Assembly: GCA_017857755.1 (NCBI GenBank)
Contig: JAFMCM010000001.1
Span: 25,121-89,120 of the forward strand
Direction: 5' to 3'
Length of the DNA stretch: 64,000 nt
Origin: Methylophilaceae bacterium
Lineage (GTDB): Bacteria; Pseudomonadota; Gammaproteobacteria; Burkholderiales; Methylophilaceae
In this document: positions 34,963 through 45,900 of the stretch, one piece after another
How positions within the stretch are numbered: the first letter of the stretch is position 1
Layout of the letters: each line of letters starts with the position of its first letter
Made by a program: the position numbers and the translations under genes
Notes under the pieces: generated by a model
What the model was told of the DNA's origin: nothing
Database searches by the model: none
What the model saw: the letters and a program-made list of their open reading frames with translations, nothing else

Positions 34963-37707
34963 ATGTCCCTTATACAACCTAAACAACTCATCCTTTGCGC
35001 GACAAGTCGCCTTGCGCGTAGCTTGCAGATGGTCCAACAGCGAGCGCATATTGAACGTGGCGAAACACAATGGGAAATGCCATCAATCATCACGCTTGCT
35101 GAATGGTTAGACAACACCATAGAAACGGCTATTTTGATGGGTGAGATAGATGCGAACACAATACCCATACACGCTTTAAGCCCCAGCCAAGAAGGATTGT
35201 TATGGGAACAAAGCATACAAGCTTCACTTAAAAATAATGCCGCTGCTACGTTATTTGACACGTCGGGTTTAGCCAGCGCGGCGATGGAAGCCCATCGTTT
35301 ATTAACCGAGTGGCGTTTACCGTTAACCCCCGAAGAGGCCACAGAAGAAACCTTACAGTTTTTAGCATGGCGTGAGCAATTTCAACAGCGCTGCAAGCAA
35401 AGTAACGTATTAGATCGTGTGCGTTATGAGGCTTGGCAAATCAGTTGTTTGCAAAAGGATGCGGGGCAATTGCCCACTCAGATTCAACTGGCTGGTTTTG
35501 ATCGCATTCATCCGCATTTGCAAAAATTAATCCAGGTTTTGGAAAATCGTGGTGTTATCGTTAGCAAGCACCTCCTTACCTGGCCACAACCGCAACAACT
35601 GGTGCACATCAGCCTCAGCGATCAAGAAACCGAGTGTCGCGCCGCCGTGGCTTGGGCACAGCATCAACTAGCAAAACATGCGCATGCCAAACTAGCTATT
35701 GTGGTACCTGCATTAGAAACATTAAGGCCGATGCTGTCCGCATTACTCGATGATGTATTTCACCCCGAAACTGCCGCGCCAGCCAACGCTGAGCGCTTGC
35801 GCTGTTATGACTTCAGTTTAGGAATCGCCTTATCCAGCTTACCCATCATTAGCTCAGCACTAAATTTACTGCGTTTTGCTTGGCAAAAACAAACCGTGCT
35901 TCAAAGTGAGATTGCTTCTTTGTTACATAGTGCTTATTGGTCTAAGAGCATTAGTGAAAGTGACGCGCGTGCCAAACTCGATGCACGCATGCGCCAAGAT
36001 TGTCCATTAAGTTTAACTTCACATCAGTTTATGCGCTTTATACACCATGCATGTGAGGGTGAACATGCCTTAGCGCTAACTGGTTTACTAGCTGACAGCA
36101 AAGCACTAATCGGTGTAGCTCAAGACCACGGGCGCTTTGAAAGCCCTGCACAATGGGCTGAAATCTTTATGGCTGCGCTAGACAAAACCCATTGGCCAGG
36201 CGAGCGTGTTATTTCGAGTCATGAACACCAAGCAGTAGAATCGTTTAAAAAAGTCTTACAAGAATTGGCTAGCTTAGCGCCATTAACAACGAATATGAGT
36301 GCGGGTGAGGCGATTAAACGCTTGACGCAACTGTGTAAAAATCAGATTTTTCAGCCTGAGCGCAAAACACAGCCTGCCATCCAAATCATGGGCATGTTAG
36401 AAGCAAGCGCTGAACCTTTGGACGGAATTTGGGTAATGGGTATGAATGACCACGTTTGGCCGCCGATTGCACGCCATAACGCCTTGCTGCCCTCCCATCT
36501 TCAGCGACATGCAAAAACCCCTAACGCCAGCAGTGAAGTGCAAGCTACATTTGCCTTATCCATACACCAACGCTTAATCAAAAGTGCCAAACAAGTAACC
36601 TTTTCAAGTGCAGAAAAAGAAGGTGAACGGGCGCTACGCGTCAGCCCATTAATGCACGGCATTCCAACACTAGCAACAGCACCAGCCGTCAGCCAAACCC
36701 TTGCAGAAACACTAGCGCAAGCGGCAACCAAAGAATGGCAATGGTTAGACGATTCCCTAGCGCCAGCAGTCAACGCAGGCGAACATATTGGTGGTGGAAC
36801 AGGCCTACTAAAAGCGCAAGCGATTTGTCCTGCATGGGCGTTTTATCAATATCGTCTAAATGCGAGAAAACTCGGCGAACCAGTTAATGGTTTAGATGTA
36901 ATGGAGCGCGGCAATTTGGTTCATGCGGTTTTAGCCCAGTTTTGGACTGGCCGTAGCCAAGCACAGTGGCAAGATATTATTCCAGACACCTTAAAAACCA
37001 ACTTGTTTACAATTGCAGAAGATGTGCTCGCCAGCTTTAATCATGCGCGTAATGGTGTGCTTTCAGACACTTTTTTACGGTTAGAAGCGGCACGCTTAAC
37101 TAAGCTAGTCTTTGCTTGGCTAATCGAAGTGGAAATGCTTCGTCCTCAAGGTTTTAGCGTGCAGGCTTGTGAGCAGGAATACAAGATTGAAATTGAAGGC
37201 ATCACCATTAAGCTCGTGATAGACCGTATCGACCAATTAGATGACAATCGATTAGTCGTCATTGATTATAAAACAGGACAACAATTAGATTATAAAAACT
37301 GGGGGCAAGACAATATTACCGAGCCGCAACTACCCATTTATGCCGCCTTTGTGCTACAGGATAAAGATAGCGAAATCGGTGCAGTGTGTTATGCCAAAGT
37401 GCGGCCTGCAGATAATGCCTTTGTTGGGATTGCAGCGGCGGAAAATCTCATCCAAGGAGCCACTGTTTTTGATCATCGCTATGGTCGAAACGCTTTTGAT
37501 GAAGCGCGTTTTCCTGATTGGAAAAGCATCATTCAACATTGGAAAAAGCGGATTACTGCAACCGCTATTAGCTTAAAAAACGGAGATGCAGCAGTAACTT
37601 TCGCGCTTGAAAAAGAGTTGGCCTATTGTGATGTCATCCCATTACTACGCCTACCTGAGCGACAGTTACAGTATGAACGACAACAATTAATGCAAGGTAA
37701 AGCATGA
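34963..37707 (+). CDS. addB: AddB-like PD-(D/E)XK nuclease subunit of an AddAB-type helicase-nuclease
   Basis: 914 aa with a C-terminal nuclease motif (IDRIDQLDDNRLVVIDYKTG). It is translationally coupled to the AddA-like gene by a 4-nt ATGA overlap. I saw no Walker A by eye. Confidence 0.7.
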   Translation: MSLIQPKQLILCATSRLARSLQMVQQRAHIERGETQWEMPSIITLAEWLDNTIETAILMGEIDANTIPIHALSPSQEGLLWEQSIQASLKNNAAATLFDTSGLASAAMEAHRLLTEWRLPLTPEEATEETLQFLAWREQFQQRCKQSNVLDRVRYEAWQISCLQKDAGQLPTQIQLAGFDRIHPHLQKLIQVLENRGVIVSKHLLTWPQPQQLVHISLSDQETECRAAVAWAQHQLAKHAHAKLAIVVPALETLRPMLSALLDDVFHPETAAPANAERLRCYDFSLGIALSSLPIISSALNLLRFAWQKQTVLQSEIASLLHSAYWSKSISESDARAKLDARMRQDCPLSLTSHQFMRFIHHACEGEHALALTGLLADSKALIGVAQDHGRFESPAQWAEIFMAALDKTHWPGERVISSHEHQAVESFKKVLQELASLAPLTTNMSAGEAIKRLTQLCKNQIFQPERKTQPAIQIMGMLEASAEPLDGIWVMGMNDHVWPPIARHNALLPSHLQRHAKTPNASSEVQATFALSIHQRLIKSAKQVTFSSAEKEGERALRVSPLMHGIPTLATAPAVSQTLAETLAQAATKEWQWLDDSLAPAVNAGEHIGGGTGLLKAQAICPAWAFYQYRLNARKLGEPVNGLDVMERGNLVHAVLAQFWTGRSQAQWQDIIPDTLKTNLFTIAEDVLASFNHARNGVLSDTFLRLEAARLTKLVFAWLIEVEMLRPQGFSVQACEQEYKIEIEGITIKLVIDRIDQLDDNRLVVIDYKTGQQLDYKNWGQDNITEPQLPIYAAFVLQDKDSEIGAVCYAKVRPADNAFVGIAAAENLIQGATVFDHRYGRNAFDEARFPDWKSIIQHWKKRITATAISLKNGDAAVTFALEKELAYCDVIPLLRLPERQLQYERQQLMQGKA

Positions 37708-40700
37708 AGCAGGAAAACATCACATTGTCGGCAACATTACTGCAAGAAGATCGCCTAAGTCGTGAGCAAGCGCTGACGCATGATTCGTTTATCGTAGAAG
37801 CGCCAGCAGGTGCTGGCAAAACGGAATTACTGACGCAACGGTTTTTGAAATTATTACAAACTGTTGATTCACCTGAAGAAATCATTGCCATCACTTTTAC
37901 TAATAAAGCGGCTTCAGAAATGAAATCCCGCATTATGGATAGTTTGCAAATGGCAGCTGATGGCGTCCTGCCCGCACAATCGCATAAACAAGTCACATTT
38001 GAATTGGGTAAAAGCGTATTAGCACGCTCGGCAGCACGCAACTGGCATCTGCTCGATACACCTTCGCGTTTACGAATTTATACCATTGACTCTCTCAGCG
38101 CCAACTTAGCTCGACAAATGCCATTGCTAAGTCGTTTTGGCACACAGCCAAGTGTGCGTGATGACCCAAGACCGCATTATGAAGAAGCCGCTATACGCGC
38201 GATTGAGCAACTTGAGGATGCTCAATATGGCGGCATCGTGCACGATGCGTTGCACTACTTTGACAACGACACTTACAAACTAACCCAATTATTAGCTGAT
38301 ATGTTAGCCAAGCGTGACCAATGGTTGCTTTATACGCAAAACGCACACACTGCAGAGGACGCTGAAGCAGCATTAGCTAGCATGGTTAGTACGGATATTC
38401 AAATAGCATCAGATTTGCTATCGGCACATTATCAGCAAGAATTAATGCCAATCGCACGCTTTGCCGCCAGTCAACTAACCGAAAACAATACCATACACCG
38501 ATTATTAGATTGGCATGAAACACTCAAGGCGGACACAAGGCATTTGCCTCAATGGCAAGCACTATCTGACCTCCTGTTAACAAAAGATGGTCATTTACGA
38601 AAACGCCTAGATAAAAACATAGGCTTGCCTACCACTGCTGAAACGAAACCCTATAAAGACGCATTATTAGCCATCATTGATTCGCTCCATCAAACCAATG
38701 GTGCGGTAGAAAAAATTGCTCGCTTACGCTGTCTACCGAGCCCTGAGCAAGATGGCAACACGTGGCAAATGATTGCCACACTAGCAAAATTACTCCACAT
38801 TGCTGTTGGTGAATTGTGGTTAGTTTTTCAAGCTCATGGTGAAGTAGATTTTGTTGAAATCTCGCAACGTTCACTATTAGCTTTGCAGGATATGACAGGC
38901 AACACGACTGACTTAGCGCTGAAATTGGATTATCGCATTCAACACTTATTAGTAGATGAGTTTCAAGATACCAGCCCATCACAAATCCAATTAATTCAAG
39001 CACTGACACGCGGCTGGCAAAAAGAAGATGGGCGCACGCTCTTTTGTGTTGGCGACCCAATGCAATCTATCTATCGCTTCCGTAAAGCGAATGTTGGACT
39101 ATTTTTACATGTAGCCCAAAATGGCATTGGCAATATTGCACTAAAATCATTGAAATTATGGCGCAACAATCGCTCGACTCCGCCTGTCGTGGAGTGGATC
39201 AATCATGCTTTTGAGCACATTTTTCCACAAGAAGACAGTATTAAACGTGGCGCTATTCGGTACCGCCCTTTTGTTGCAACCAAAGCGGGCGAGCCTTTTG
39301 CAGGGGTTAGCGTACATGCCATGTTGAATGAAAAAATAAATGCTAATGACGAAGAAAATAATGAAGATGGACCAGTAACAGATATTCGTCAGTTAGAAGC
39401 AAATACGATTATTGAGATTATTCAAAAAACGAGAGCACATCAATCATCGGCAAAAATTGCAGTTTTAGTGCGTGCACGTAGTCATCTAACTGCTTTAGTG
39501 ACTGAAATACGACGCAACCACCCTACCTTAAGCTTTCAAGCAGTTGAAATTGAAGAGCTAGTAAATCGTCAAATCGTGCAAGATTTATTGTCGCTTAGTT
39601 ACGCACTGCATCAACGTGCTGACCGTGTGCATTGGTTAGCCATTTTACGAGCACCATGGTGTGGATTGACATTGGCAGACTTACACGCATTGGTTGCTAA
39701 TGATCGATCAAGCACCGTCATGGAGTTGATGCAAAATGAAGATCGAGTGCAAAGCTTAAGCGAAGACGGTCAGCAACGTTTATTGCATGTACGCGATGTG
39801 TTGACAGAAGCTTTAGCTTCAAAAGGACGCATGTCTGAGAGCCGCTGGCTACATGGCATATGGTTGATGCTGGGTGGAGCCGCGTGCCTATGGGACGCTG
39901 CTGATGTAAGGGATGTTCAAGCCTTTTTTACTTGGATTCAACAGTTAGAAAATACTGGCCAATTTTCACTGCAACAGCTTGCATCAGAGGTGGAGAAGCT
40001 ATATGCCGCGCCCGACGCAAGAGCCGACGACACACTACAACTAATGACCATTCATAAATCCAAAGGCTTGGAGTTTGACACGGTGATTTTACCTGGCCTA
40101 GATCGCAAAACAGGCGGTAGTGAACAGCCATTATTACTTTGGGAGCAGCTCACACCAGAACACACTGCCCATGAGATTGATGAACTAGGCTTAGTCGTTG
40201 CACCTTTTATACCCAAAGGGAGTGCAAGCAAGTCTGCTGATTGCGTCACCCCGTATGACTATTTAAAAATGTTAGAAAAAGAACGTGCTGCATTGGAAGA
40301 CGCGCGTGTGTTGTATGTCGCGGCCACCCGAGCTGAACGTTGTTTACATTTACTCGGAGCGGCTAACGTTAATAAAGCTGGTGAAATTAATGCCCCCAAG
40401 CATACCTTTTTAGATATGGTGTGGCCAATTGTTCATGAACAGTTTAATGCAGAAAATGCGATTAAACCGAACGCCCCCATCCCAAACGCTGGTACTCAAA
40501 GGGAAAGATTAGCTAATTTAGCCAATTTTAAACCGCAGCTTATCCGCTTAAATGAAGTAAAGACTCCCAGTATTTTTGTCCAATTTAAATCAAGCAATAC
40601 TTTTAGCAACGAGAAAAAGCAAGACAATCATGCTGTTTTAGATGCAGATATCGGCACTTTAACGCATTTATATTTAGAGCTAATCGCCAGTAGTGAGATA

Positions 40701-41147
40701 CAAAGCTGGACTGCCGCGCGTATCAATCGTTTAGAAAGTGCGATGCAACGCTGGTTTAAGCAAAAAGCTTATGCTAACAATATCAGCCAAGCAGCCGCAA
40801 AACGCGTGCGCGATTTATTACTCACCACAATACAAAGCAAACAAGGTCAGTGGGTTTTGCAAGCAAGAACAAATGCAACAAGCGAACTCGAAATTTGCGC
40901 CATTATTGCACAATCGGTTGAGAAAAAAATAATCGACCGTACCTTTGTTGATGAAGGGGTCCGTTGGGTGATTGATTACAAATCAATTGCGCTTAATCCT
41001 GACATAGCAGAAGCCGACTTAGTCTCAACTGCCATGCAATATCAAGCACAATTAGATGCATATGCGGCTTTATTTAAACATCAAGACCACCCAATACAAA
41101 AAGCCATTTTCTTTGTAAGCATCGGCAGACTGATTAAGCTTGATTAG
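37704..41147 (+). CDS. addA: AddA-like UvrD/Rep-family helicase with a C-terminal PD-(D/E)XK nuclease domain
   Basis: Walker A APAGAGKTELL, Walker B LLVDEFQDTS, the helicase motifs VGDPMQSIYRFR and TIHKSKGLEF, and a C-terminal RWVIDYKS nuclease motif. Confidence 0.8.
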   Translation: MKQENITLSATLLQEDRLSREQALTHDSFIVEAPAGAGKTELLTQRFLKLLQTVDSPEEIIAITFTNKAASEMKSRIMDSLQMAADGVLPAQSHKQVTFELGKSVLARSAARNWHLLDTPSRLRIYTIDSLSANLARQMPLLSRFGTQPSVRDDPRPHYEEAAIRAIEQLEDAQYGGIVHDALHYFDNDTYKLTQLLADMLAKRDQWLLYTQNAHTAEDAEAALASMVSTDIQIASDLLSAHYQQELMPIARFAASQLTENNTIHRLLDWHETLKADTRHLPQWQALSDLLLTKDGHLRKRLDKNIGLPTTAETKPYKDALLAIIDSLHQTNGAVEKIARLRCLPSPEQDGNTWQMIATLAKLLHIAVGELWLVFQAHGEVDFVEISQRSLLALQDMTGNTTDLALKLDYRIQHLLVDEFQDTSPSQIQLIQALTRGWQKEDGRTLFCVGDPMQSIYRFRKANVGLFLHVAQNGIGNIALKSLKLWRNNRSTPPVVEWINHAFEHIFPQEDSIKRGAIRYRPFVATKAGEPFAGVSVHAMLNEKINANDEENNEDGPVTDIRQLEANTIIEIIQKTRAHQSSAKIAVLVRARSHLTALVTEIRRNHPTLSFQAVEIEELVNRQIVQDLLSLSYALHQRADRVHWLAILRAPWCGLTLADLHALVANDRSSTVMELMQNEDRVQSLSEDGQQRLLHVRDVLTEALASKGRMSESRWLHGIWLMLGGAACLWDAADVRDVQAFFTWIQQLENTGQFSLQQLASEVEKLYAAPDARADDTLQLMTIHKSKGLEFDTVILPGLDRKTGGSEQPLLLWEQLTPEHTAHEIDELGLVVAPFIPKGSASKSADCVTPYDYLKMLEKERAALEDARVLYVAATRAERCLHLLGAANVNKAGEINAPKHTFLDMVWPIVHEQFNAENAIKPNAPIPNAGTQRERLANLANFKPQLIRLNEVKTPSIFVQFKSSNTFSNEKKQDNHAVLDADIGTLTHLYLELIASSEIQSWTAARINRLESAMQRWFKQKAYANNISQAAAKRVRDLLLTTIQSKQGQWVLQARTNATSELEICAIIAQSVEKKIIDRTFVDEGVRWVIDYKSIALNPDIAEADLVSTAMQYQAQLDAYAALFKHQDHPIQKAIFFVSIGRLIKLD

Positions 41148-41174
41148 CACATAGATTCACTGTCCTGCTACAGC

Positions 41175-42260
41175 TTAATGAGGAGAATCTTCGCGACTAA
41201 TATGCAAGGTCTGTGTTGGAAAGGCAATCTCAGCGCCATGCTGATGAATAATAGCTGCAATTTTCAATAAGACATCTTGTTTAACTACATGAAACGCCTC
41301 CCAAACCGTGGTGTGCGAAAAGGTGTAAATAAAGAAATCTACCGATGAAGCATTAAAGGCATTGAAACTGACAATTAATGTTTTAGACGTATCAATATCC
41401 GCATGATTTTGTAGCATGGCTTTAACCTCGGTCACAATACCTGCCATCAAATGGATGTCTTGATACCGAATGCCGATTGTTTCTTTAATGCGCCGATTGG
41501 TCATACGCGAAGGATTCTCAACCACAATCGTGGTAAAAATAGAGTTTGGAACATAAATGGGATTTTTATTAAAACGGCGGATTTGGGTATAGCGCCAACT
41601 AATTTTCTCAACTGTACCCTCAATATCTTTATCAGGAGAGCGTATCCAATCTCCCACGATAAATGGCCTGTCAGTGTAAATGGTTAATCCACCAAAAAAG
41701 TTAGCCAAAATATCTTTTGCGGCAAAACCAATCGCAATACCACCAATTCCACCAGCCGCTAACAAACCAGAAACACTAAACCCCAGTGTTTGCATTAAGG
41801 TCAACATAGTCCCAACAAAAACAATTAAATGTCCTAATTTTGAAAGCGCATCAATCGTCGTCCGATCAACAGTCTCGCCTCGCGATTGCTGTTGAACCAA
41901 GTAACGATAACTAGCTTCAGTGATTAAGCGCCAGAAAAACCAAGCAAACGCAATGGCAATCGCAGCATCTCTGATAATGGGGGTCAGCTCAAAAAATTCA
42001 CTCTCTGTTTGATTACCAATGACTTTCAACACAATTGAAATACCCACAATCCATATCACCATTGGTAATGGTTTGGATGCGGAAACTACAAAAGTATCGT
42101 CCCAAAAACTGCTTGTCATCTTTGAAGCTTTAATCAATTTCCTAAAAACAAAAGCAACAATAAAATGCAGTAATAAGGTCGCAATAGAAACACCGACTAT
42201 TTTAATAATCCAAAGCTCATTCAACCCAAAAGCCGCTAAACTTTTCATCATGTGATCCAT
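41175..42260 (-). CDS. MscS-family mechanosensitive channel
   Basis: GGIGGIAIGFAAKDILANFFGGLTIYTDRPFIVGDWI is the MscS pore-helix/beta-domain signature. I placed the start at the ATG at 42260, which follows an AGGAG Shine-Dalgarno. The track extension up to 42335 is probably spurious. Confidence 0.85.
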   Translation of the reverse strand: MDHMMKSLAAFGLNELWIIKIVGVSIATLLLHFIVAFVFRKLIKASKMTSSFWDDTFVVSASKPLPMVIWIVGISIVLKVIGNQTESEFFELTPIIRDAAIAIAFAWFFWRLITEASYRYLVQQQSRGETVDRTTIDALSKLGHLIVFVGTMLTLMQTLGFSVSGLLAAGGIGGIAIGFAAKDILANFFGGLTIYTDRPFIVGDWIRSPDKDIEGTVEKISWRYTQIRRFNKNPIYVPNSIFTTIVVENPSRMTNRRIKETIGIRYQDIHLMAGIVTEVKAMLQNHADIDTSKTLIVSFNAFNASSVDFFIYTFSHTTVWEAFHVVKQDVLLKIAAIIHQHGAEIAFPTQTLHISREDSPH

Positions 42261-42399
42261 TGCAATACTCCTAAAATTAACGCATGTTAATATAACACAG
42301 CTACAGAAAGCATTCACATCACAACTGGTTAGCAATGGTGTAAAATCGTAGTTGAAATCCCAGCATAACTAACCTCATTAGCTAAGAGCAAGTCGATTA

Positions 42400-42984
42400 A
42401 TGAAACTATTTTCCCATCTTTACGAGCGCGTCATGCGCTGGTCAAAAAATCCAAATGCGCCGTGGTATTTAGGTCTGTTAAGTTTTGCTGAATCTGCTTT
42501 TTTTCCTGTTCCGCCTGATGTAATGCTAGCACCTATGTGCCTTGCCAATCCAGAAAAGGCTTGGCGATTTGCATTCTTAACAACAGTAAGCTCCCTTATT
42601 GGCGGCTTGCTTGGCTATGCAATTGGCGCAACTGCATTTGAGCTCATTACGCCTTACTTGCAATCGAACGCGCACTATTGGGACGCCTTCTTAAATGCAG
42701 AGGCTTGGTTCAGCCAATGGGGTGTTTGGGCAATCTTTCTCGCTGGATTTTCACCCATTCCTTACAAAATATTCACGATTGCCGCTGGCGCTTTAGTCAT
42801 GCCTATATTACCCTTCACCCTGGCCTCGCTCATCGGTAGAGGATTGCGATTTTTTATGGTGGCTGGACTCATGAAATGGGGTGGCGCCAGCATGGAAGCC
42901 AACTTAAAAAAATATGTCGACAGGATAGGCTGGGCAACCATCGCCTTAATCATCATCGCTATTTTGTTAAACAAACTCTTTTAA
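42400..42984 (+). CDS. YqaA/DedA-type membrane protein
   Basis: 194 aa. The PxDV and FxxRxxRF-type motifs (FFPVPPDVMLAP, IGRGLRFFMVAGL) are typical of the family. Confidence 0.7.
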   Translation: MKLFSHLYERVMRWSKNPNAPWYLGLLSFAESAFFPVPPDVMLAPMCLANPEKAWRFAFLTTVSSLIGGLLGYAIGATAFELITPYLQSNAHYWDAFLNAEAWFSQWGVWAIFLAGFSPIPYKIFTIAAGALVMPILPFTLASLIGRGLRFFMVAGLMKWGGASMEANLKKYVDRIGWATIALIIIAILLNKLF

Positions 42985-45900
42985 AATATCTTTTATCAGC
43001 TCAACGCGATGGTTAATATGACCTAACTCAACTGAGATACGTAACTTTTCTGGACCATTCATGCGACATCTTTTATCCCGTTGTAATAAATGAATCAACT
43101 TAAGCGGGTCAATATCCGCCTTAGGATTAAACTGCAATTGAATAGCGGCGTCCGATGCATCAATTTTGATAATACCCAAGGGTTTTGCGCTAATTCGTAA
43201 TCGATGACATGCAATCAAAGCTTCTCCTGTTTCAGGAAGTAAGCCAAAACGATCAATCAACTCTTCTTGCATTTCGTCTAAAACTTCATCGTCTTCACAG
43301 TTAGCTAAGCGCTTATAAATCACCAGTCGCTCATGAATGTCAGGACAGTAATCGCTTGGTAACAATGCAGGCGTATGCAAGTTAATCTCAGTTGTAACCC
43401 CGAGCGGCGCATCTAAATCAGGCTCATGACCAGCTTTAAGTTGTTTCACAGCATGATTAAGCATATCAGAATACAGACTAAATCCAATCTCCTGCATTTC
43501 ACCACTCTGACTATCACCAAGCAACTCCCCTGCACCACGAATCTCTAAATCATGCATCGCAAGATGAAAGCCTGCGCCAAGGTCTTCTAATAGCTGAATG
43601 GCGTCTAAGCGCTTTTGCGCCTGTGGTGTGATTTTTCGATGCGGGTCAGTTAGCAAATACGCATAAGCTTGATGATGACTACGTCCCACACGACCACGCA
43701 GCTGATGCAATTGAGCAAGGCCAAACATATCTGCCTTATTCATGATAATCGTATTAGCGGTTGGCACATCAATACCTGTTTCAATAATAGTAGTACAAAG
43801 CAATATATTGCAACGCTGCTGATAAAAATCACGCATCACATATTCCAGTTCACGCTCACGCAACTGGCCATGAGCAATCGCTATTCTTGCTTCTGGCAGG
43901 ATTTTTTCAAGCTTTTCTTTTTGCACAAAAATCGTATCGACTTCATTGTGCAAGAAATACACCTGCCCACCCCGTTTAAACTCACGCATCACCGCTTCGC
44001 GAATGATGCCGTCCGAATAATCAGTATGAAACGTTTTAATTGATAATCGTTTTTGAGGCGGTGTTGAAATAACTGAAAATTCACGCAAACCTTCCATCGC
44101 CATGCTTAAAGTCCGTGGTATCGGTGTCGCTGTTAAGGTGAGCACATCCACTTCTGCGCGAAGCGCTTTCATTTGCTCTTTTTGACGGACACCAAAACGA
44201 TGCTCCTCATCTAAGATAGCTAAACCTAAATTCTTAAATTTCACATCTTTCTGAATCAGTCGATGCGTACCAATCACAATATCAATCGTGCCATCAGCCA
44301 AACCTTTTAAGGCTTCTGCTTGTTCTTTTTTGGTTCTAAAACGTGAAATTTCAGCAATCTTAATTGGCCAATCGGCAAAACGGTCGCAGAAATTTTGATA
44401 ATGTTGTTCAACCAACAAAGTAGTTGGCACCAACACCGAGACTTGTCGACCACCCATGACCGCAACAAATGCCGCACGTAAGGCAACCTCTGTTTTACCA
44501 AACCCCACATCACCACAGACCAATCTATCCATGGGTCGGCCTGATTGCATATCACCTATCACTGCCTCAATTGCCGATAGCTGGTCTGGCGTTTCCTCAA
44601 ATGGAAAGCCTTCACAGAAAGCATCGTAATCTTTCAAACTCAGCTTAAACACATGGCCTTTACGCGCTGCGCGCTGCGCATATAAATTGAGTAGCTCAGC
44701 AGCCGTATCGCGAATTTGTTTGAGTGCTTTTTTCTTAGCTTTTTCCCATTGACCACTGCCTAAGCGATGTAGAGGTGCACTTTCAGGCGGCCCACCAGAA
44801 TAACGAGAAATTAGAAATAATTGAGACACAGGTACATATAACTTATCGTCCCCGTGATATTCCAGCAGCAAGAATTCCGTCTCCCCCTCACCAAAGTCTA
44901 AATTTTGCAAACCTCGGTAACGTCCAACACCATGTTGCTCGTGTACCACTGGGTCATTAATGCGCAGCTCCGATAAATCTTTGAGCATCCCTTCAGTATT
45001 ACGCGCTTTTTCCTTAACACGGCGGCGTTGCTGACGCACAGTAGAGGCGTAAAGCTCAGCTTCCGTAATCACCGCAACATCGCTGACAAAGCCAGTATGC
45101 AAACGAGAAACACCCAGCATAACTGGTGCATCACTTGCTTCAAATTCAGCCCATGTTTCACAAACTGGAATGATTAAGCCATGCTCGGCGAATAAATGCA
45201 CAATGGTTTCACGGCGTCCCAAGCTTTCAGCGACAATCAAAATCCGCAATTTCGACTTTTTAATGTAGGCTTGCAGCTTATGTAATGGTTGGTCTGCACG
45301 TCTATCCACGTCCACCGCTGGCAAAAGCTTTTTACTGTCAAACTTGACGTTAATCAGTGGAAATTGTCGGGTTTTAGTGAAAAAAGCATCTACTTTGGTG
45401 AGCAAGACTTCTGGTGTTAACACTGGACGCTCAGCGTCATAAGCCAGTAGCTTATAACGCGAGTTGGCCTCATACCAAAAGGTTTGTGCCGCTTTATCCA
45501 AATCACCATGCGCACACACTACCGCTTGTTTGGGCAGATAATCAAAAATAGTCGCTGTTTCAGTAAAAAATAATGGCAAATACCATTCAATACCACCAGT
45601 AGCGTTACCCTTACTAACATCTTTATAAATTTTAGCGCGCTGCGGGTCACCTTCAAATCGTTCACGAAACTGACTTCTAAACAGCTCAATTCCGTCTTGA
45701 TCAAGTGGGAACTCACGCGCTGGAAGTAATCGAATTTCAGGAACAGGATACAAACTACGCTGTGTATCTACGTCAAAAGTACGTATGGTTTCTATTTCAT
45801 CATCGAATAAATCAATCCGATATGGCAATACCCCACCCATTGGAAACAAATCGACCAAGCCTCCGCGCACACTAAACTCGCCTGGGCTGATAACCTGAGA

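Noticed and set aside
34963-41147. The helicase plus PD-(D/E)XK nuclease pair considered as a candidate defence system (Gabija-like or another helicase-nuclease immunity module)
   Set aside because: The sizes, the domain order (AddA-like with a C-terminal nuclease, AddB-like with a C-terminal nuclease), the ATGA coupling and the core-gene neighbourhood fit housekeeping AddAB end-processing. There is no OLD/ATPase, methylase or other defence partner.
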